The notes below the pieces were generated by a model that saw nothing but the letters and a program-made list of their open reading frames with translations, did not search any database and was not told the DNA's origin. Below, piece by piece: positions 7,623-17,414 of a stretch of DNA of 32,000 bases. Origin of the DNA: Thermococcus kodakarensis KOD1 (GTDB lineage: Archaea > Methanobacteriota_B > Thermococci > Thermococcales > Thermococcaceae); NCBI RefSeq assembly GCF_000009965.1, contig NC_006624.1, positions 1,020,001 to 1,052,000 of the forward strand, written 5' to 3'. A program made the translations under genes and the position numbers. How positions within the stretch are numbered: position 1 is the first letter of the stretch; each line of letters opens with the position of its first letter.

Positions 7623-9503
7623 ATGAGAATGCTCCTTATACACTCGGACTACCTCGAGTACGAGGTCAAGGACAAGGCCCTGAAGAACCCAGAGCCTATA
7701 AGCGACGAGCAGAAGACGGGAAGGCTCGACGAGGTTCTGGCGGTCTTTATCAGCGTTGAGAAGGTTGATGAGACAAACCCCGACGAAGTTGTCGAGAAGG
7801 CCGTTAAGGAGATAGAGGACGTTGCTTCCCAGATAAAGGCCGAAAGGATATTCGTCTATCCATTTGCCCACCTCAGCAGTGAGCTCGCCAAGCCTGACGT
7901 AGCCCTCGAAGTTCTCCGCAAGATCGAGGAAAAACTGAGGGAGAAGGGCTACGAGGTCAAGCGCGCTCCCTTCGGCTACTACAAGGCCTTCAAGTTAAGC
8001 TGCAAGGGACACCCGCTTGCTGAGCTCAGCAGGACGATAGTTCCGGAGAAAGCGGTAAGCAAGGAGGAGCGCAACATAGCCCTCGAAAAGGAGGAGAAGG
8101 AGCTCAAGAGCTACTGGTACATCCTCACGCCCGAAGGCGAGCTGATTGACGTTGACAAGTTCGATTTCACCGGCCACGAGAACCTGAAGAAGTTCGTGAA
8201 CTACGAGATAGCCAAGAACAGGGTCGCCGATAGGGAGCCGCCCCACGTCAGGCTCATGCTTGAGCAGGAGCTTGTGGACTACGAGCCGGGAAGCGACGCC
8301 GGAAACCTCCGCTACTATCCAAAGGGCAGGCTCATAAAATCACTCCTGGAGCAGTACGTCACCGAGAAGGTCATCGAGTACGGTGCTATGGAAGTCGAGA
8401 CGCCGATCATGTACGACTTCGAGCACCCTGCGCTTGAGAAGTACCTGAATCGCTTCCCCGCCAGGCAGTACGTCGTCAAGAGCGGGGACAAGAAGTTCTT
8501 CCTCAGGTTTGCGGCCTGCTTCGGCCAGTTCCTCATAAAGAAGGACGCCACGATAAGCTACCGCAACCTCCCGCTGAGGATGTACGAGCTGACGAGGTAC
8601 TCCTTCAGGCGCGAGAAGAGCGGTGAGCTTTCTGGCCTCAGGAGGCTCAGGGCCTTCACGATGCCCGATATGCACACGGTAGCTAGAGACCTCAAGCAGG
8701 CCATGGACGAGTTCAAGAAGCAGTACAAGCTCAGCATGGAAGTCCTCAAGGGCGTTGGACTAACTCCAGAGGATTACGAGGTTGCAATAAGGTTCACGCG
8801 CGACTTCTGGGAGCAGAACAGGGACTTCATCGTCGAGCTGGCCAAGATAATAGGCAAGCCCGTCCTCATCGAGATGTGGGACCAGAGGTTCTTCTACTTC
8901 ATCCTCAAGTTCGAGTTCAACTTCGTTGACAACCTCGACAAGGCTGCAGCTCTGAGCACCGTCCAGATAGACGTCGAGAACGCCGAGCGCTTCGGCATAA
9001 AGTACTACGACGAGGAGGGCAAGGAGAGAACCCCGCTCATACTCCACTGCTCGCCTAGCGGAGCAATCGAGAGGGTCATGTACGCTATCCTCGAGAAGCA
9101 GGCCAAGCTCCAGGAGAAGGGCATCAAACCGATGTACCCGCTCTGGCTCAGCCCGATACAGGTTCGCGTTATCCCGGTCAGCGACGAGGTAATGGACTAC
9201 GCCCTCTACGTGGCAGGTAAGCTCGAGGGCGCCAAGATAAGGGTTGACGTGGACGACACGGGCGACAGGCTCAACAAGAAGATAAGGAAGGCGGAGAAGG
9301 AGTGGATTCCGTACATCATCGTCGTTGGAAGGAACGAGAAGGAGCAGAACACCGTCACCGTCAGAAGGAGGAGCGACGGAAGGCAGGTCGAGATGCAGCT
9401 CGAAGACCTGATCAGGGAGATAAAGGGGCAGACAGAGGGGTTCCCGTACAAGCCGAGGCCCCTACCACTGCTCCTCAGCAGAAGGCCGAAGTTCAGAGGT
9501 TGA
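7623..9503 (+). CDS. thrS: threonine--tRNA ligase with the archaeal N-terminal editing domain
   Basis: '[19 protein letters not shown]' is the Thermococcales ThrRS N-terminus. Class II core motifs are '[22 protein letters not shown]' and '[12 protein letters not shown]'. An anticodon-binding domain is present ('[12 protein letters not shown]'). The start is at 7623, behind GGTGGTGG and downstream of a TATA-like 'acttttagt'. Confidence 0.9.
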   Translation: MRMLLIHSDYLEYEVKDKALKNPEPISDEQKTGRLDEVLAVFISVEKVDETNPDEVVEKAVKEIEDVASQIKAERIFVYPFAHLSSELAKPDVALEVLRKIEEKLREKGYEVKRAPFGYYKAFKLSCKGHPLAELSRTIVPEKAVSKEERNIALEKEEKELKSYWYILTPEGELIDVDKFDFTGHENLKKFVNYEIAKNRVADREPPHVRLMLEQELVDYEPGSDAGNLRYYPKGRLIKSLLEQYVTEKVIEYGAMEVETPIMYDFEHPALEKYLNRFPARQYVVKSGDKKFFLRFAACFGQFLIKKDATISYRNLPLRMYELTRYSFRREKSGELSGLRRLRAFTMPDMHTVARDLKQAMDEFKKQYKLSMEVLKGVGLTPEDYEVAIRFTRDFWEQNRDFIVELAKIIGKPVLIEMWDQRFFYFILKFEFNFVDNLDKAAALSTVQIDVENAERFGIKYYDEEGKERTPLILHCSPSGAIERVMYAILEKQAKLQEKGIKPMYPLWLSPIQVRVIPVSDEVMDYALYVAGKLEGAKIRVDVDDTGDRLNKKIRKAEKEWIPYIIVVGRNEKEQNTVTVRRRSDGRQVEMQLEDLIREIKGQTEGFPYKPRPLPLLLSRRPKFRG

Positions 9504-10218
9504 GAGCTTTTCGAGGTGTATCCTTTCTTCTCCCTTTCTGATTTCCAGGGAGTACACGCCCGGTTCAAAGTCAATGTTCACGGATTTAACCGTATAGAGG
9601 AGTTCTCTTATGCCCTCTTCCGTGACTTTGGAGGAGACAAAAATAGCGTAGTCACTAAGGCTAACTGTCCATGCCAGGAAGCTCCTGCTCACCACGTCCG
9701 AGTTCAGGGCTATCAATAGCACGGACTCGGGAGTTGTAACGCTCTTCTCGGCTATTGTCTGGTTCAGCAACTTTATTGTCCTGCCCTCGTCAAACATTAC
9801 GGCCACACCATCGAGGGTGTATATCATCCTGAACAGTCTCGGGCCTTTCTCCTCCACGAGCTTTGAGTAGATTGCATCTATTTTTGGATTAATGGTCTCC
9901 GGCTCGGCACTGTCCAAGTAGAAAACCCCAGGAAGCTCTACATGAACCGGTGAGTACCTGGAACCGAAGACATCAATCACGGCCATTCTACCTTTTTTTA
10001 GCTCCTTCATCATGTCCAAGCCAACGCTCCTGGCTCGGCGGACGAGGCCGCTGAAAGAACTGCTGTAGTTGGAGATTACCGGAAAATAACCCATTTCGAG
10101 AGAATGCCTCAAAAAGGAGAAAGGGGATCTGCCAAGCGGAGGAGTATGTGTCGTATATTACCGATACCACGGAGCCGGCGAGAGTTTCTGCGTTGAGGGC
10201 GTCTAGTATGGCCCTCAT
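9462..10218 (-). pseudogene. degenerate KaiC/RecA-superfamily-like protein (no Walker A) interrupted by a single-nucleotide frameshift
   Basis: Two overlapping ORFs (10218-9988 and 10112-9462) together read as one KaiC-like domain. The join is 'LAGSVVSVIYDTYSSAWQIPFLLFEAFSRNG' followed by 'FPVISNYSSSFSGLVRRARSVGLDMMKELKKGRMAVIDVFG'. Total length is 757 nt (3n+1). Removing one T from the run GGGTTATTTTCC (about 10083-10092) restores a 251-aa frame. The RBS GGGAGGATAATC-ATG lies inside the end of the upstream gene. Confidence 0.6.
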
Positions 10219-10220
10219 GA

Positions 10221-10937
<717 letters not shown>

Positions 10938-10957
10938 TTAGCGGAAAAATTTAAAAA

Positions 10958-11752
10958 CTACCTTCCAAAGCGCCGCTGTCTCTTCTGGAACTCACGGATT
11001 ATCCTAAGAAAGTCTATCTTCCTGAACTCGGGAAAGTAAACGTCAACGAAGAAAAGCTCGCTGTAGGCGATCTGATAGAGGAGGAAGTTGCTTATTCTCA
11101 CCTCGCCGCCAGTCCTGATGACGATGTCGGGATCGGGCATGTTGGGATAGTAGAGGTAGCGCTTTATGGCCTCCTCATCGATGTCCTCCGGCTTAATCTT
11201 TCCTTCAAGGACGTCCCTAACTATTTCCCTGACGGCGTCCGCTATCTCGCTCCTACCGCCGTATGCGAGGGCTATGTTGAGGTTGTAGTTGGAGTACTTT
11301 CTCGTTGCTCTCTCCGCCTCTTCAGCGGCCTTTCTCACGTTTTCGGGAAGCATGTCCTTCCTGCCGAGGACGTTCACCCTGATGCCGTAGCGATGAACCC
11401 TTTCATCCTGAACGAGTTCCTTGAACTTCTCCTCGAAGAGGTTCATGAGGGCCTCAACTTCCTCCTTTGAGCGCTTGAAGTTCTCGGTTGAGAAGGCATA
11501 GACAGTAAGCGTCCTTATGTTTAGCTCCCTGCACCACTCAAGGATTTCTTCGAGCTTCTTTGATCCGAATAGGTGGCCGTACCAGGGGGGCTTTTCAAGC
11601 TTCCTGGCCCACCTTCTGTTGCCGTCCATTATTATGGCAACGTGCTTAGGGATGTTCCCAGATTTAACCTTCTCCAGGAGGTAGCTTTCATAAGCGTCAT
11701 AGACCGGCTTAAAAAGAATGTGAGGGATGTGGGAGACCAATCTGTATAGCAT
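10958..11752 (-). CDS. uppS: cis-prenyltransferase, undecaprenyl/polyprenyl diphosphate synthase
   Basis: 'PKHVAIIMDGNRRWA', 'TLTVYAFSTENFKR', 'IALAYGGRSEI' and 'IRTGGEVRISNFLLYQIAYSELFF' are the canonical UppS motifs. Confidence 0.9.
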   Translation of the reverse strand: MLYRLVSHIPHILFKPVYDAYESYLLEKVKSGNIPKHVAIIMDGNRRWARKLEKPPWYGHLFGSKKLEEILEWCRELNIRTLTVYAFSTENFKRSKEEVEALMNLFEEKFKELVQDERVHRYGIRVNVLGRKDMLPENVRKAAEEAERATRKYSNYNLNIALAYGGRSEIADAVREIVRDVLEGKIKPEDIDEEAIKRYLYYPNMPDPDIVIRTGGEVRISNFLLYQIAYSELFFVDVYFPEFRKIDFLRIIREFQKRQRRFGR

Positions 11753-11758
11753 TTGCCC

Positions 11759-12280
11759 TCACTCTATCTTCTTCCTCTTGAGGTGCTTCTCCGCCAGCTC
11801 CATGTATATCTCGGCGTTTTTCTTCGTCCACTCAATTTCCTCCTCGCTGAGCTGCCTGACGACCTTTCCGGGAACGCCGACGACGAGGCTGTAGTCGGGT
11901 ATCTCCTTGCCCGGCGGGACGAGGGCACCTGCACCGATTATGACGTGCTTTCCAATCTTCGCACCGTCGAGGATTATCGCACCCATACCTATTATCGTGT
12001 AGTCGTCAACGGTGGCACCGTGAACGACGGCGTTGTGGCCGATGGTGACGTACTTCCCTATCTTCGTCGGAAGGCCGTGAGATGTATGAATGCTGACGTT
12101 GTCCTGGACGTTGGAGCAGCAGCCGATGTATATCTGCTCTATGTCCCCGCGAAGAACGGCGGAGGGCCAAACGCTCGTTTTTTCCTCAAGAACAACGTCT
12201 CCAATTATTGAGGCGGTTTCATCAACAAAAGCCGTCGGGTGTATCTTGGGCTTTTTACCCTCTATCTCGTAAACCGGCAT
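11759..12280 (-). CDS. gamma-class carbonic anhydrase-like / hexapeptide-repeat (LbH) protein
   Basis: 'IHPTAFVDETASIIGDVVLEEKTSVWPSAVLRGD', 'IGCCSNVQDNVSIH' and 'IGHNAVVHG' give a gamma-CA/PaaY-type left-handed beta helix. The start is set at MPVYEIEG (ATG 12280). The 74-codon upstream extension in the ORF track crosses the hjc promoter and 5' end. Confidence 0.85.
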   Translation of the reverse strand: MPVYEIEGKKPKIHPTAFVDETASIIGDVVLEEKTSVWPSAVLRGDIEQIYIGCCSNVQDNVSIHTSHGLPTKIGKYVTIGHNAVVHGATVDDYTIIGMGAIILDGAKIGKHVIIGAGALVPPGKEIPDYSLVVGVPGKVVRQLSEEEIEWTKKNAEIYMELAEKHLKRKKIE

Positions 12281-12311
12281 GAGTATCACCGAGTTATCCT
12301 CCCGGGGAGAG

Positions 12312-12320
12312 CTTATAAAT
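12312..12320 (+). promoter_or_regulatory. TATA box candidate for hjc
   Basis: 'cttataaat' lies 31-39 nt upstream of the hjc ATG at 12351, in a 70-nt divergent intergenic region. Confidence 0.4.
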
Positions 12321-12350
12321 GTAACCAGAGAATATCTGTGAGGGTGCGCA

Positions 12351-12737
12351 ATGAGGTACAGACGCGGCGCCAGTGCGGAGAGGGAGCTTGTAAAGCTCCT
12401 CGAAAGTAAAGGATTCGCAGTCCTCCGTTCAGCGGGGAGCCACAAAATAGACCTGGTGGCCGGAAACGGGAAGGAATACCTCTGCATAGAGGTCAAGAGC
12501 ACGAGGAGCAGGAAGCTCTACCTTCCCATCGAGGACGTTGAAAAGCTTGTTGAGTTTGCCGGACGTTTTGGCGGTAGGCCCGTCCTTGCGGTTAAATTCG
12601 TGAACGTAGGGTGGCGCTTTTACGGCCCCAATAGATTGGAGCACGGGGAGAAGAGCTATAAGATCGACCTCGAAACGCCTTTCATGACTCTTGATGGGCT
12701 CTTGGGGAAACAGAGAACCCTTGAGGGGGTGCTGTAG
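12351..12737 (+). CDS. hjc: Holliday junction resolvase Hjc
   Basis: '[47 protein letters not shown]' and '[17 protein letters not shown]' are near-identical in pattern to P. furiosus Hjc, including the catalytic E..D..EVK motif. Confidence 0.9.
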   Translation: MRYRRGASAERELVKLLESKGFAVLRSAGSHKIDLVAGNGKEYLCIEVKSTRSRKLYLPIEDVEKLVEFAGRFGGRPVLAVKFVNVGWRFYGPNRLEHGEKSYKIDLETPFMTLDGLLGKQRTLEGVL

Positions 12738-14318
12738 TTGAGGAAAAAGCCTGTTTTAGGACTGCTAATTTTACTAGTCATTCTGATGGGGATCAAACCT
12801 GTCTCCTCCGAAGGGAATGTGGGAGGGATTTCCCTCTCGATAACCGTTCTGAACAATGAGTTCACTGCCCTTCCAGGCGACACCCTTGTGATTCCATTTT
12901 CAATAAAGAACACGGGTAACACGACGATAACCAACATGACAGTCTACATAACGGGCCCCACGACTGGATTTCAATACAGCGGAAAGGCCATTCGGATACC
13001 CCTTCTTCCAAACGATACCTACAACGATACCCTAATTCTGAAAGTTCTGAACCAGGAACCTGGGCAGTATCTCCTTCGCATTATAGCTCGCGTTGGGGAC
13101 CAGTACTTTGAGGCCCCGGTTATAGTTACCGTCAAGGCGCTCATCGACTACGACCTGACTATAACGGCCCAGGATAGATACATCTACGGCAGGTCAGTGG
13201 AAATCTACCTGACCCTGACTTCAAAGTCAAACACTGTGATATCTGGGAGAATAGGATACTACCTAGTTGGGAACAGGACAATAATTAACCAGACCACGAT
13301 AACTTATGTAAAGCCCGACTCCCCCTGGGAAAAGAAGCTGGAGTTCAAAACACTGCCGCTCGGAAACTACACTGTGGTGCTCTGGGCGAACATGAGCGGA
13401 GTCTACAAGGAAGTTTCAAAGAATTTTGAAGTCTATAGGAGGGCGCTAAACTACTCAATCAGCTTTGAGCACGGTGCAATCCGGATTTTTGTCTACGACC
13501 GTTCCGGAAGGGGAGTTCCAGATATCACTGTCACTGTAAACGGAGTAGAACTAAAAACTGACCCCAACGGTGCGGTGACATACTCCGTGAGCACGCCTGG
13601 AGTATATCGGGTCACATTGAACCTTGATGGAAAAATCGTTTCAAAAGAACTGGTCGTAAAGTCCCTCCACATAAGCAGCATCCAGGAAGGGGAGAGGCTG
13701 ATAGTTCAGGTCACCGATGGAAAGAAAGAGGTTCCCAACGTCACGGTAACTGTGGAGGGCCCCAAAGGGAAGGACTTTGGAATAACGAACTCCACTGGCT
13801 TTGCACTCTTCAACCTTTCAAAGGTTGGCTATGGGACACTAATTGTGAAGGCTGAAAGCGCATCGTATCTTCCCGCCGAGACAATCATCACCACTGTCAG
13901 CCCTCCCTCACCAACGAAAACATCAACCACGACGCCCAAAACCTCAAACACGATGACAACTATTCCAACCACTACGACTACCCAGTATCCCCCAACCAGC
14001 TCAGAACCCTCCAAAAAGTCGGGAATTAGTACAGAGACGGCCTTAATTCTCGTAATATCAGGCATTCTGCTAGCTGCGACCTCTTACTTCGCGCTTGCAA
14101 TGCCCACAGTCCACGAGGAGACCCTCGACAGGTACTACTTCGTAAAAGTCCGTGCACCGCGCCTTAGACCCCTAAAGGACTACAAACTCGAGAGGCCTGT
14201 GAAAGCGGTAGAGGTTCGGGTCACTAAGGGTAAAGCGACGCTGAATGACGACGGAATAACCTGGGAGCTTGACCTTGAACCCGGGGAGGAGGCCTATCTT
14301 CAGGCCATTCTGGGCTGA
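12738..14318 (+). CDS. cell-surface glycoprotein-like protein with signal peptide, CARDB/NEW3-like and carboxypeptidase-regulatory-like Ig domains, Thr/Pro-rich stalk, one TM and a ~70-aa cytoplasmic tail
   Basis: Signal peptide 'MRKKPVLGLLILLVILMGIKPVSSEG' and many N-x-S/T sequons. Repeated beta-sandwich units include 'ITVTVNGVELKTDPNGAVTYSVSTPGVYRVTL' and 'VTVTVEGPKGKDFGITNSTGFALFNL'. The stalk is 'PPSPTKTSTTTPKTSNTMTTIPTTTTTQYPPTSS' and the TM is 'ALILVISGILLAATSYFALA'. The TTG start directly abuts the hjc TAG, with GAGGGGGTG 6 nt upstream. Confidence 0.75.
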   Translation: MRKKPVLGLLILLVILMGIKPVSSEGNVGGISLSITVLNNEFTALPGDTLVIPFSIKNTGNTTITNMTVYITGPTTGFQYSGKAIRIPLLPNDTYNDTLILKVLNQEPGQYLLRIIARVGDQYFEAPVIVTVKALIDYDLTITAQDRYIYGRSVEIYLTLTSKSNTVISGRIGYYLVGNRTIINQTTITYVKPDSPWEKKLEFKTLPLGNYTVVLWANMSGVYKEVSKNFEVYRRALNYSISFEHGAIRIFVYDRSGRGVPDITVTVNGVELKTDPNGAVTYSVSTPGVYRVTLNLDGKIVSKELVVKSLHISSIQEGERLIVQVTDGKKEVPNVTVTVEGPKGKDFGITNSTGFALFNLSKVGYGTLIVKAESASYLPAETIITTVSPPSPTKTSTTTPKTSNTMTTIPTTTTTQYPPTSSEPSKKSGISTETALILVISGILLAATSYFALAMPTVHEETLDRYYFVKVRAPRLRPLKDYKLERPVKAVEVRVTKGKATLNDDGITWELDLEPGEEAYLQAILG

Positions 14319-14342
14319 AATTTTCTTTTCCCTATTTTTGGC
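14319..14342 (+). terminator. oligo-T terminator candidate
   Basis: 'aattttcttttccctatttttgg' follows the TGA at 14316-14318 directly. Confidence 0.45.
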
Positions 14343-14402
14343 AGCAAAGCTTATTAAGAAATTCGAAAACATTTAGACGGACATCTAAAGGAGGCGATTG
14401 AG

Positions 14403-15443
14403 ATGGTTGACATAGAGTTGCTCAAGAGGGTTGTTGAAGCCCCTGGCGTTTCTGGATTTGAGTTCCTCGGCATAAGGGACGTCGTAATAGAGGCACTGAA
14501 GGACTACGTGGACGAGATAAAGGTCGACAAGCTCGGCAACGTCATAGCCCACAAGAAGGGGAACGGGCCAAAGGTCATGGTAGCGGCCCATATGGACAAG
14601 ATCGGCCTCATGGTAAACCACATTGACAATGAAGGCTACCTCCACGTCGTCCCGATAGGGGGAGTTGACCCGAGGACGCTCGTGGCCCAGAGGATAAGGT
14701 TCTTCACCGACAAGGGCGAGCGCTACGGTGTCGTCGGACACATCCCACCCCACCTCCAGAAGCCTGAGGACAGAAAGAAGGCCGCCGACTGGGACACCAT
14801 AGTGGTTGATGTCGGTGCAGACAGCAAGGAAGAGGCAGAGGAAATGGGCTTCCGCGTTGGAACCGTCGGCGAGTTCGCACCAGCCTTCACCAAGCTCACC
14901 GAGAACAGGATAGCCACCCCCTACCTTGACGACCGCGTCTGCCTCTACGCCATGATCGAGGCTGCCAGGGCACTTGAGAACCACGAGGCGGACATATACT
15001 TCGTCGCATCAGTCCAGGAGGAGGTCGGGCTGAGGGGAGCGCGCGTCGCTAGCTACGCAATAGACCCGGAGATCGGCATAGCGATGGACGTAACCTTCGC
15101 CAAGCAGGTCGGCGACAAGGGCAAGATCGTTCCAAAGCTCGGCGGCGGGCCAGTTATGGACGAGGTCGGCCCCAACATCCACCCCAAGGTCAGGCGCTTC
15201 GCCGATGAAGTCGCCAAGAAGTACGACATCCCGCTCCAGGTCGAGGCAAGCCCGAGGCCGACGGGAACCGACGCCAACATAATGCAGATCAACAGGGAGG
15301 GCGTGGCAACTGCAGTTCTCAGCATACCGATAAGGTACATGCACAGCCAGGTCGAAACGGCCGACCTCAGGGACATCGACCTTACCATAAAGTTCGCCAA
15401 GCACTTCCTCGAGGAGCTCAGGCCGATGGACCTAACCCCATGA
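14403..15443 (+). CDS. M42 family TET aminopeptidase (FrvX/deblocking aminopeptidase-like)
   Basis: '[23 protein letters not shown]', '[29 protein letters not shown]', 'YLDDRVC', '[10 protein letters not shown]' and 'GTDA' give the M42 metal-ligand series, close to Pyrococcus TET proteins. RBS AAGGAGG lies upstream. Confidence 0.9.
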   Translation: MVDIELLKRVVEAPGVSGFEFLGIRDVVIEALKDYVDEIKVDKLGNVIAHKKGNGPKVMVAAHMDKIGLMVNHIDNEGYLHVVPIGGVDPRTLVAQRIRFFTDKGERYGVVGHIPPHLQKPEDRKKAADWDTIVVDVGADSKEEAEEMGFRVGTVGEFAPAFTKLTENRIATPYLDDRVCLYAMIEAARALENHEADIYFVASVQEEVGLRGARVASYAIDPEIGIAMDVTFAKQVGDKGKIVPKLGGGPVMDEVGPNIHPKVRRFADEVAKKYDIPLQVEASPRPTGTDANIMQINREGVATAVLSIPIRYMHSQVETADLRDIDLTIKFAKHFLEELRPMDLTP

Positions 15444-15479
15444 GCAAAAGGTTTATTTCAACCTTTTCTTAATCTCTTT

Positions 15480-16046
15480 TTGGGTGTGCGCGTGATACTC
15501 ATAGTCCCCATCGGCTACATCCCGGAATGGCTCATAAAGGATGTGGCTGAATTCGTGGATTCCTACTACTCACGAAGGGGAGTTTCCGTTAAAGCTGGCG
15601 ATTCCCTAAGCGAGAGCCTGTTTCTATCAGCGTATCATCCATTCCGGCGTCAGTTCCTAGGTGGTGCGTTTCTACCCACGCTTTCCGAGATTGGAAGGAG
15701 AGCAGGAGCGCTGGCCACAGTGGGCATCACAAAGGTTGACCTCTACGAAAAGGGCATGAACTTCGTCTTTGGTGTAGCCAGTGAAAAGTTGAGGAGTGCC
15801 GTTGTTTCAATCCACCGGCTAAGGCCCGAGTTCTATGGAAGGCCAAGCAACGACGAGCTCCTCATAGAGAGGACTGTAAAGGAAGTCATGCACGAGCTCG
15901 GCCACGTTTTTGGGCTTTCTCACTGTCCAAACGTCCGCTGTGTTATGCACTTCTCAAACTCGGTCGATGATACGGATATCAAACTCCCCTACTACTGCCC
16001 AAACTGTGAGCGGAAACTCTTGAGGAATCTGGAGGTGGTTTTGTGA
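15480..16046 (+). CDS. amzA: archaemetzincin (peptidase M54)
   Basis: 'HELGHVFGLSHCPNVRCVMHFSNS' and 'CPNCERKL' match the archaemetzincin HExxHxxGxxHC plus Cys4 signature. The start is uncertain: TTG 15480, GTG 15486 or GTG 15492. Confidence 0.85.
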   Translation: MGVRVILIVPIGYIPEWLIKDVAEFVDSYYSRRGVSVKAGDSLSESLFLSAYHPFRRQFLGGAFLPTLSEIGRRAGALATVGITKVDLYEKGMNFVFGVASEKLRSAVVSIHRLRPEFYGRPSNDELLIERTVKEVMHELGHVFGLSHCPNVRCVMHFSNSVDDTDIKLPYYCPNCERKLLRNLEVVL

Positions 16047-16594
16047 TAGAGGTAGAACTGAAGGGATACGCCAGTGATGAAATCTTCCAGAGGGTACGGG
16101 ACGAGTTCGAGTTCATAAGGAAGGAGTACCACGAGGATACCTACTATCAGCACCCGTGCAGGGACTTTTCGGAGACCGATGAGGCACTTAGAATCAGAAT
16201 AAGGCGGTTTAACGGCCACTTTGAGGCCTTTATGACATACAAGGGTCCAAAAATTGATGAGCATTCAAAAACACGGAAGGAAATCGAAGTCCCGCTCAGC
16301 GATCCCGACAAACACGCTGAGATATTAGAAAGCCTTGGATTCGTGGAGGTTCTCACGGTTTCCAAGGTGAGGGAGAAGTACTACGTCGAGAAAGGGATAA
16401 TAATAGCCCTGGACGAGGTTGAGGGGCTTGGGAAGTTTATAGAGATAGAGGCGATGACGGAGAGAAATGAAGACGTTCCACAGCTTATAGACAAGTTGAG
16501 GGCAATACTGACTGAACTCGGCGTTGAGAGGTTCGAACGCAGATCCTATCTGGAACTTCTGCTGGAAAAGGAGGGAGCAAATGGGGAAGCTTGA
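16043..16594 (+). CDS. CYTH-domain protein (class IV adenylate cyclase / triphosphate tunnel metalloenzyme family)
   Basis: N-terminal 'IEVELKG' is the ExExK CYTH signature, followed by 'ALRIRIR', 'TYKGP', 'RKEIEV' and 'GKFIEIEA' tunnel strands. The GTG start overlaps the amzA TGA (GTGA). Confidence 0.8.
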   Translation: MIEVELKGYASDEIFQRVRDEFEFIRKEYHEDTYYQHPCRDFSETDEALRIRIRRFNGHFEAFMTYKGPKIDEHSKTRKEIEVPLSDPDKHAEILESLGFVEVLTVSKVREKYYVEKGIIIALDEVEGLGKFIEIEAMTERNEDVPQLIDKLRAILTELGVERFERRSYLELLLEKEGANGEA

Positions 16595-17414
16595 CGAGTT
16601 CTTTGGTTCTTTTATTGGTGGACGGCCAGACACGGAGGTACTCACGGAGATAGAAGACAGGCTCCTAGTGGACGACATACCCGGGGCAATTGCCCTTCTT
16701 GAAGAACTAAAGAAAGAGCAGAACCTTGTCATAGCGGTACGGCTGATTTTAAGAAAGATAACCCAGATGCTGGAGAAAGGAGATGGTCAATCATTCAGGG
16801 CACTTCCCCTCATAAAACAGCTCCTCCCTCACATCAACGGGATAAAAAATGAGCGCTACCGCGCCCTCCTTCTAGGGGAGATTTCCATTGGGTTTTACCT
16901 CGCTGGCTCCGAGCTTGAAGGGGATTTCACATTAAAGACCGCGATAAACCTTGCCCTTCAGCATCCAGACATACTGAGGGACATTCTCTTTTCCCTGATT
17001 AAGGCAGGTCTTCTCCAAAAGGCTGCCTACGCAATGAAATTCGTAAAAGACCCGGAAAAGCTAGACGTTGTCCTGTCATATCTGGCGGAGGTGTTCTACG
17101 AGAGGGGAGACATCGAAAAGGCGCTTGCAATAATAAGCCACATAACGAGCAACTTCCACAGGGCCGTTGCGCTGATGCACCTGGCACAGCTTGAGGAGAA
17201 CCGCGATAGGGGGAAAGCGCTCCAGTTCATAGAGTCAGCGATAAAGATAGCGGAAAGAATAGAAGATCCTGAAACCAGATTTGAGCTGATGCTGAAGCTT
17301 CACGACCTTAAACACGAGATAATGGGCGAACCGCTCAGCGTTGGTGAGTTACTCTCGGCTGAAACTCCTCTGGAGAAAGAAGCGGCGGAAGGCCAAGACG
17401 GTGGGAGAGTATAA
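16581..17414 (+). CDS. alpha-helical repeat (TPR-like) protein of unknown function, 277 aa
   Basis: ATG 16581 lies behind AAGGAGGGAGCAA and overlaps the CYTH gene by 14 nt. Helix-pair repeats are visible, for example 'YERGDIEKALAIISHI', 'HRAVALMHLAQLEE' and 'RGKALQFIESAIKIAERIEDPETRFELMLKL'. Confidence 0.6.
   Translation: MGKLDEFFGSFIGGRPDTEVLTEIEDRLLVDDIPGAIALLEELKKEQNLVIAVRLILRKITQMLEKGDGQSFRALPLIKQLLPHINGIKNERYRALLLGEISIGFYLAGSELEGDFTLKTAINLALQHPDILRDILFSLIKAGLLQKAAYAMKFVKDPEKLDVVLSYLAEVFYERGDIEKALAIISHITSNFHRAVALMHLAQLEENRDRGKALQFIESAIKIAERIEDPETRFELMLKLHDLKHEIMGEPLSVGELLSAETPLEKEAAEGQDGGRV

Noticed and set aside
11753-12211. 152-aa plus-strand ORF antisense to the gamma-CA-like gene
   Set aside because: It is a mirror ORF of a clear LbH gene with no independent support.
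12281-12502. 74-codon N-terminal extension of the gamma-CA-like ORF (ORF-track start 12502)
   Set aside because: The extension runs antisense through the hjc promoter and the first 50 hjc codons. It is Ser/Leu/Arg/Pro-rich junk, and the family N-terminus 'MPVYEIEGKKPKIHPTAFV' begins at ATG 12280.
14385-14984. 199-aa minus-strand ORF antisense to the M42 aminopeptidase gene (also 15009-15404 and 15053-15400)
   Set aside because: It is antisense to a gene with unambiguous family motifs and has no translation signals.
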